A DNA stretch of 64,000 bases from Amphiscolops sp. MND2022 (taxonomy: Eukaryota): positions 88,290,001 through 88,354,000 of the forward strand of contig OZ076409.1 of the NCBI GenBank assembly GCA_964187785.1. Direction: 5' to 3'. The position numbers were made by a program, and so were the translations under genes. A model generated the notes under the pieces. It saw nothing but the letters and a program-made list of their open reading frames with translations, searched no databases and was not told the DNA's origin. This document shows, piece by piece, positions 58,812-64,000 of this stretch. The first letter of the stretch is position 1, and every line of letters begins with the position of its first letter.

Positions 58812-59210
58812 ATGAGTGGTGCGTTTTTTCTTCAGTTTTCTCGCGCACTCAGAAGCGGGTCCTGTTTGTGCGCCAAAAAAGGCAACCCTGGTGCCGTTCG
58901 TGTTGGATCAAAACTTGGCGCTGGTGCTTCACCCTCTGGTGCTAACATAGATTTGCCCAAAGATGCATCTTCATTGTCTAAATATTGCATCGGATCACAA
59001 GTGTATAAAGATCAACCTGACCCCGAAATTCTACCAGACTCGTCCTCTTACCCTGATTGGCTATGGTCTATAAGAACAAATGGTCCCCCACTATTAGAAG
59101 AATTGGATCCAAATACACTCGAATATTGGAATACTTTGATTGAAATGACCTACCAACAAGTGAAAATTGATCGGGTGAAGCCTAAGCACAGGAAGCTGAA
59201 AGAGTTCTAG
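58812..59210 (+). CDS. MRPL54: Mitochondrial ribosomal protein mL54
   Basis: YCIGSQVYKDQPDPEILPD..YPDWLWSI..LEELDPNTLEYW; N-terminal targeting-like peptide. Confidence 0.88.
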   Translation: MSGAFFLQFSRALRSGSCLCAKKGNPGAVRVGSKLGAGASPSGANIDLPKDASSLSKYCIGSQVYKDQPDPEILPDSSSYPDWLWSIRTNGPPLLEELDPNTLEYWNTLIEMTYQQVKIDRVKPKHRKLKEF

Positions 59211-60126
59211 AAGTTCTCAAAATAGTTTTCATTCGAGAATGGGACTTCCTGTAAAAGATTTCACGGGAAACCTGGTTTTCAATTTATTGAGTTTAATAAG
59301 ATTAAACTTTCTAAAAATGTATTTTTTCATATCTATTTGTATTCTTATTAGTTCCCTCTTTGATTACAAGTTTTCAGTCTGCTGCAATTTTTCGTCTCAT
59401 TGGCTTTTCAGCAATTTCTACAATGAGTCATTTTTGACGATGCGAAAAAAATGTGACATGCATCAGCAAATCCTTAGTCTTGCCCAACTTCCATATTCAG
59501 GGACTTCACTGGTTTCAGTTTTTTGAGCAAAATTTCGATTGCGGTTAAGAGTTGTAAGTGTTTGATCGTTTACCGTTTTTTTCTTCAAATACCATTTACA
59601 GCATTCCCTATGTAAAGAAGGAAAGTCAATAAGCTTCCATATCTATTTAATCTCCAGCTTAATCTCCGACTTAATTTACCAGCTGATTCACTTTGACAAG
59701 TTGGTTAGACCCGTTCCGTAGTTGAGGCCTTGACTGTCATGATTATATCGCATTTAAATTTTTGGGAATGCTTTGGTTCACATTTACCAAGTTTCTGATG
59801 AGCCCACGTATCTCAATATTCACCGATTTCTGTGTGAAAACTGCATGTGACTGACGCTTGGCTGTCTCCAGTAAGGCCGTAAATGTTTTGGCCGTATATG
59901 GCTTCCCTGTATATACATATCGTTTCGCGTCATTTCTTGATAGAGCCCTGACTATTTTACTAAGTAAACATGTTACTATGTACCTATAGCTCGGTAAGCT
60001 GTTTCAACATCCGAACGTTCCTTTCAGATTCAATGAAAGCACTATTGTTGAAATAACATGTGTCACAGAGTTTCAAACTGAGGGTGAGATTACAGACAGA
60101 TCTGATTTTGTGTCATCTGAGCTACA

Positions 60127-61295
60127 ATGGGCATTGAGAGCTTTGTATCTGGCAGCTTTGAGTATGATCTTTTAGCTCATTTCGCTTCTTTTCTTTCGGG
60201 TTACTGTCTCCTGATTTCTTTTTGCTGGCTTCTTGGAACATGGGCCAGTCAGTTCGTGCAGAAGAAATTCGTTCTACAGGTTTTATTAGAAGGGTTAGCC
60301 GCTTTCCAAGTCATCGTGGGTGCATCTGAAGGTGCTGGAATTTCTTTCAAGTATGGCGTTCATGCGTGGTGCTTATATACGATCTTGAGGGTCATTCTAC
60401 AGACGTATATTTTTCACGGGGCTACCGCGGACCCCGTGATGACATTTTTGAACAGGTCTTGGAGCAAAACTGAGAAATGTGTGGTGATCATAGTACAAGT
60501 GATCGCAGGTTTTTTGGCCAAACAATGCATGCCTTACTTGTGGCAACTATCGCCCAGCTCGCTTCATATTCATCGTTTGACGACTGTGAATGAAGCATGT
60601 TTCTGTGATATGAAGGTCACAGTTGTTGAAGCTTTCATCATTCAGTTGCTTTATCTAACCTCCATTTACGTCGCCGAATACAGTTTGCCTCAAATGGGAA
60701 AAGTTTTCACACTGACAACGTATTTCATTCTAGTTGCTGTTCCGGGTGAGTGGCTTGTACTATTTGTTGGCTTGTACCCTAATTGTTGAATAATGTTTCA
60801 ACGCTTTTTTGCTCCCGAATATTTTTTCATTAAGACAGATGAATTTGCGCCCCTCAGATGCGTTTTTTGATCGATTTATGTATATATACCTATTGGTTAT
60901 CCCTCGTTGAATTGAACCACCATGGACCCTAGATTGAGCCCATGTGAAATTTGAACGATATAGTTTCCTTATTGCGAAACTGCCCACTTGCAACGTTCCA
61001 TCGTCCTTTAGGTATCATTCTGAATCTTATCAAATACTGAACATTGATTTGTGAATAGAACACTGTTATAGGGCTGCCGTATACTGGAATGCACATCAAT
61101 CCACTCACAGCGTTTGTCTTCAACTGGAGTTGTTCAGACACACATTTTCTTTCCATGTGCCTCGTATACATTATTCCCCCTATAGTGGCCGCATATGTAG
61201 CCAAATATTTGAATTTGACTGCTACTCCTGACGAAGCTCCTGAAAATTCGACCGAGAAGTCAAGAAGAGCAAAGAAAAGAAGAAAAATTGACTAA
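60127..61295 (+). CDS. Unorthodox aquaporin, AQP11/12-like (280 aa, two exons)
   Basis: Exons 60127..60745 and 61072..61295 (phase-1 GTGAGT..TAG intron); multiple hydrophobic helices; loop motifs ATADPV and YTGMHINPLTAFVFNWSC. Confidence 0.82.
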
Positions 61296-62568
61296 AACTA
61301 TTCTTTTGGTATCTCTTACACATGGCCACTTCGATATAAATGCTGTGAATAGCGATTGTTTATAATCTTTTGATACACATGAAAATTTATTTACAATTTG
61401 GTCCCATATTTTATACCTTCAATGGTTCAGGGTTTTTGTTTCGAACTAGCGTTTTGGGGTTTAGTTTCATACGTGATGACTCATGAAAGGTGCTATAATA
61501 TACATCATTGGTCTTGTAATCAAGTTTCCCAGTCATAATTAATATTTTCAGTTTCTTCCAAATTTCTATATGCTTGCAATGTGAGATTTCCAGAATACAA
61601 ATGTCTGCTTTGACTATACATTTGACTGTAGCCGTTTAAATAGTATAATTTATTTCATAGTGTTTGTATTTTCTATGGTTTTAACTATAGCCAATTGAAT
61701 AATACTTATTTCATTTTTTCAATTATCTTTCGCCCTGGCTTGTGTTGTTGAGAGCTCCAAACGTATATTTCTCTTCGACATTTCGCGGCTGTAACCAGAT
61801 TCATCTCACCTCTGACCTAATTTCTGCTCGCGCCTTTTTTCAGCTTCGGGTCACATTTCATAGAATTCGCCGAAATCAATTTACTTTTCCTCGAGTTCAC
61901 TCCCTGGTCAAATCGAGTCCAAAATATTTTGAACCTTCTGTGGTGATTATCACTACTAGATTTTTTTGTGGTCATTCGTTGAGTATTTTCCATATACAGC
62001 TTGTGGTCATTCGTTGAGTATTTTCCATATACAGCTCAAACGAAATTTTTTATGTGGACAGATCAGTAATGTCAGTAATGGATACCTGTGTTTACAATAA
62101 ATTTGCGAGCGTTTTGTCTCAATCTTGCGCTGACTAACTCGTAAGACTAACCAGAGGCGCAGTGGCACTGCATTGTTTTTGTTTCATTAATGGCTTGCGA
62201 AAATTCAACATTTCTTGTAACACTCAAAATTGTGACACTTTGATATTTTGAAGTTTTCGTGCTGGTAGGCAATGATGTTCTTGTGAAAAGAAAACTATTA
62301 TTGACCGGATACACTGATTTGATCAACTTGAATTTTTCTAACGCTCGAAGATCTTGAAAGTTATCATAGATGAGCGATTCAGCATTCGAAGTATCCTAAC
62401 AGCGTTGATAAAACAAACCACATGCGCTAAAGCTTGTGAAAAATATACTTGATGAAGGATGAGAACGTTTACCAAGAGAGGTTACATCTCTATTTTTTGA
62501 AAATTTCCTATAAAAAGATGATTTAAAAACTCGAGCTGCGATTTCCAAGCGAAAGTAATGGTGAATTG

Positions 62569-63123
62569 AACAAGCCGGGAAGGGCATAAGTCGGCGCCAT
62601 ATCTAAGGCTCAAAAATAGCAAAAGGACATGAAAGTGTCAAAAACCTAAAAGTGTCAAACGCACGAAAAACCCAAACGACGGAGCTGGCGCGCTAAAAGA
62701 GGGATCCTTTCGCATTTTCAACATCCATTGTTGCAAAACATCAAAAAATTGAAGGGTGAAAAAAATTCCGAAAAGTCTCATAATGCCGAAAAAAACTGAA
62801 AGGAAAGGGGGACCCTCTGGGATTTTTCAACATCCATTGTGTCGCAAAACATCAAAAAATTGAAAGGGAATTTTTTGAGAAAAAAGTCTCACAATGCCGA
62901 AAAAAACTGAAAGGGGGCTCTTTAGTCTCTCCTGGTATGGTATGTTACGCGGAAAAAGAGGAAAACCTTTTTGGTTCAGTTCGCTAGGTCAAATGATTCA
63001 ATTTGGGACCATAAAATTTTTATAACTTTTGTAGAACTATTTTGGTCAGTTCGTGTGGATTGAAAAACAAAAAGAAAAAAGTCACTATAATAGTTGCGTT
63101 TCACTTAATGAAGCGCCGACTAA
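62569..63123 (+). mobile_element. Helentron/DINE-like element family A
   Basis: AACAAGCCGGGAAGGGCATAAGTCGGCGCC...GAAGCGCCGACTAA. Confidence 0.7.
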
Positions 63124-63541
63124 CAAAACGCATCTCAACCGGTGACATTTTTCAGTTTTGAATGCGAAAAACATCAATGAAACAGAATTTTTCGACAAGA
63201 ATTGCCCAAAGTCTTTTTTTCAAAGAAATGAACGCGTAGCATTTATATACTAGGGTAAATCAGTGATCAAAGTTACTAGTTTTGACAAATTTTGAGATAT
63301 GGGCAGTTGAATCTGCCTCTGAAGGGTAGGATGATGTTGCAGATGTAAGTATTATAGCAAACACTAATTTGATTAGTCTAGATGGATTGCTCAAATATCG
63401 GAGCTGTAGTGTAATGATCAGTACATCATGTTGCGACTTGGAATAGATTCGATTCCGTTCAGCTCTAAAATCTTGATTCAGTGTCTAGATAGTTTAGTGG
63501 GTTGCTATAGTATTCTCAAATAAAACTGCACGTTTTTTGTT

Positions 63542-64000
63542 TTATTTTCCACCCATATTTCATAGAATTTATTCCAAGAATATTCCAAGAATTTATTTAT
63601 GTTTAACTTTAAGGGTGTTACCCATAGAATTCAACTCACATAAATTTAGCTTCGTGCGATATGTATTTGTAGAGATTTTTGGAGTTTTTTTTTAAATGAC
63701 GAAATGACCCCGAAAATGACAAAAATTCCCAAATTTCTCAATTTTTTAACGTTTTTATGCAATTTTTGTCATTTTCTAATTTTAAACAATTTTGAGCAAT
63801 TTTTGTCAAATTTTCGACAACTTCGTTAATTAAAATGTTGAGAACGCTCAACATGGCACGCATTTGCTGTCCGGTAGGCTTTTCAGAAAAGATAATTGCT
63901 TTTTTCCAAATGAAAAAGGTCTCAAATTGATACCGAAAATAACAAAAAAAACCTAAAACTTTCCATTTTTCAAATTTTTAAATGCATTTTTGTCAAATTT
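63542..64000 (-). mobile_element. 3' part of a family B element, running off the window
   Basis: Reverse-complement similarity to ~32300..32900. Confidence 0.65.

Noticed and set aside
61966..62035. Exact 35-bp tandem duplication
   Set aside because: Real but trivial, with no further structure.

Overview
AT-rich, repeat-dense animal (invertebrate) nuclear DNA with spliceosomal introns. The main object is a young, intact 15,575-bp Ty3/Gypsy LTR retrotransposon on the minus strand (3207..18781), with 1,544-bp near-identical LTRs and a 5-bp TSD ATAAT. It sits inside a Helentron/DINE-like non-autonomous element, itself inside a 17.6-kb intron of a divergent TRPM-family channel gene (8 exons, 2037..33224). 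The element is unusually organised. (i) The first 181 codons of gag lie inside the LTR and the ORF reads through the PBS. (ii) gag and pol are joined by an AAAAAAC -1 frameshift site. (iii) Between pol and the 3' LTR lies an antisense five-coding-exon gene (~1,176 aa) resembling a catalytically eroded BED-finger/hAT transposase. (iv) A further sense ORF with SUMO-interaction-like motifs and a Cys cluster runs through the PPT into U3. Two more LTRs encoding Gag N-termini occur at 1..887 and ~42933..44150. The rest holds decayed Copia, LINE, Penelope-like and CRE-like elements, hAT/mariner/MULE-type MITEs, three long near-perfect palindromes and a ~476-bp tandem array built from a transposon arm. 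At the right end are tightly linked MRPS31 and MRPL54 genes (operon-like) and an AQP11/12-like aquaporin. All calls come from reading motifs by eye; no database searches were run.
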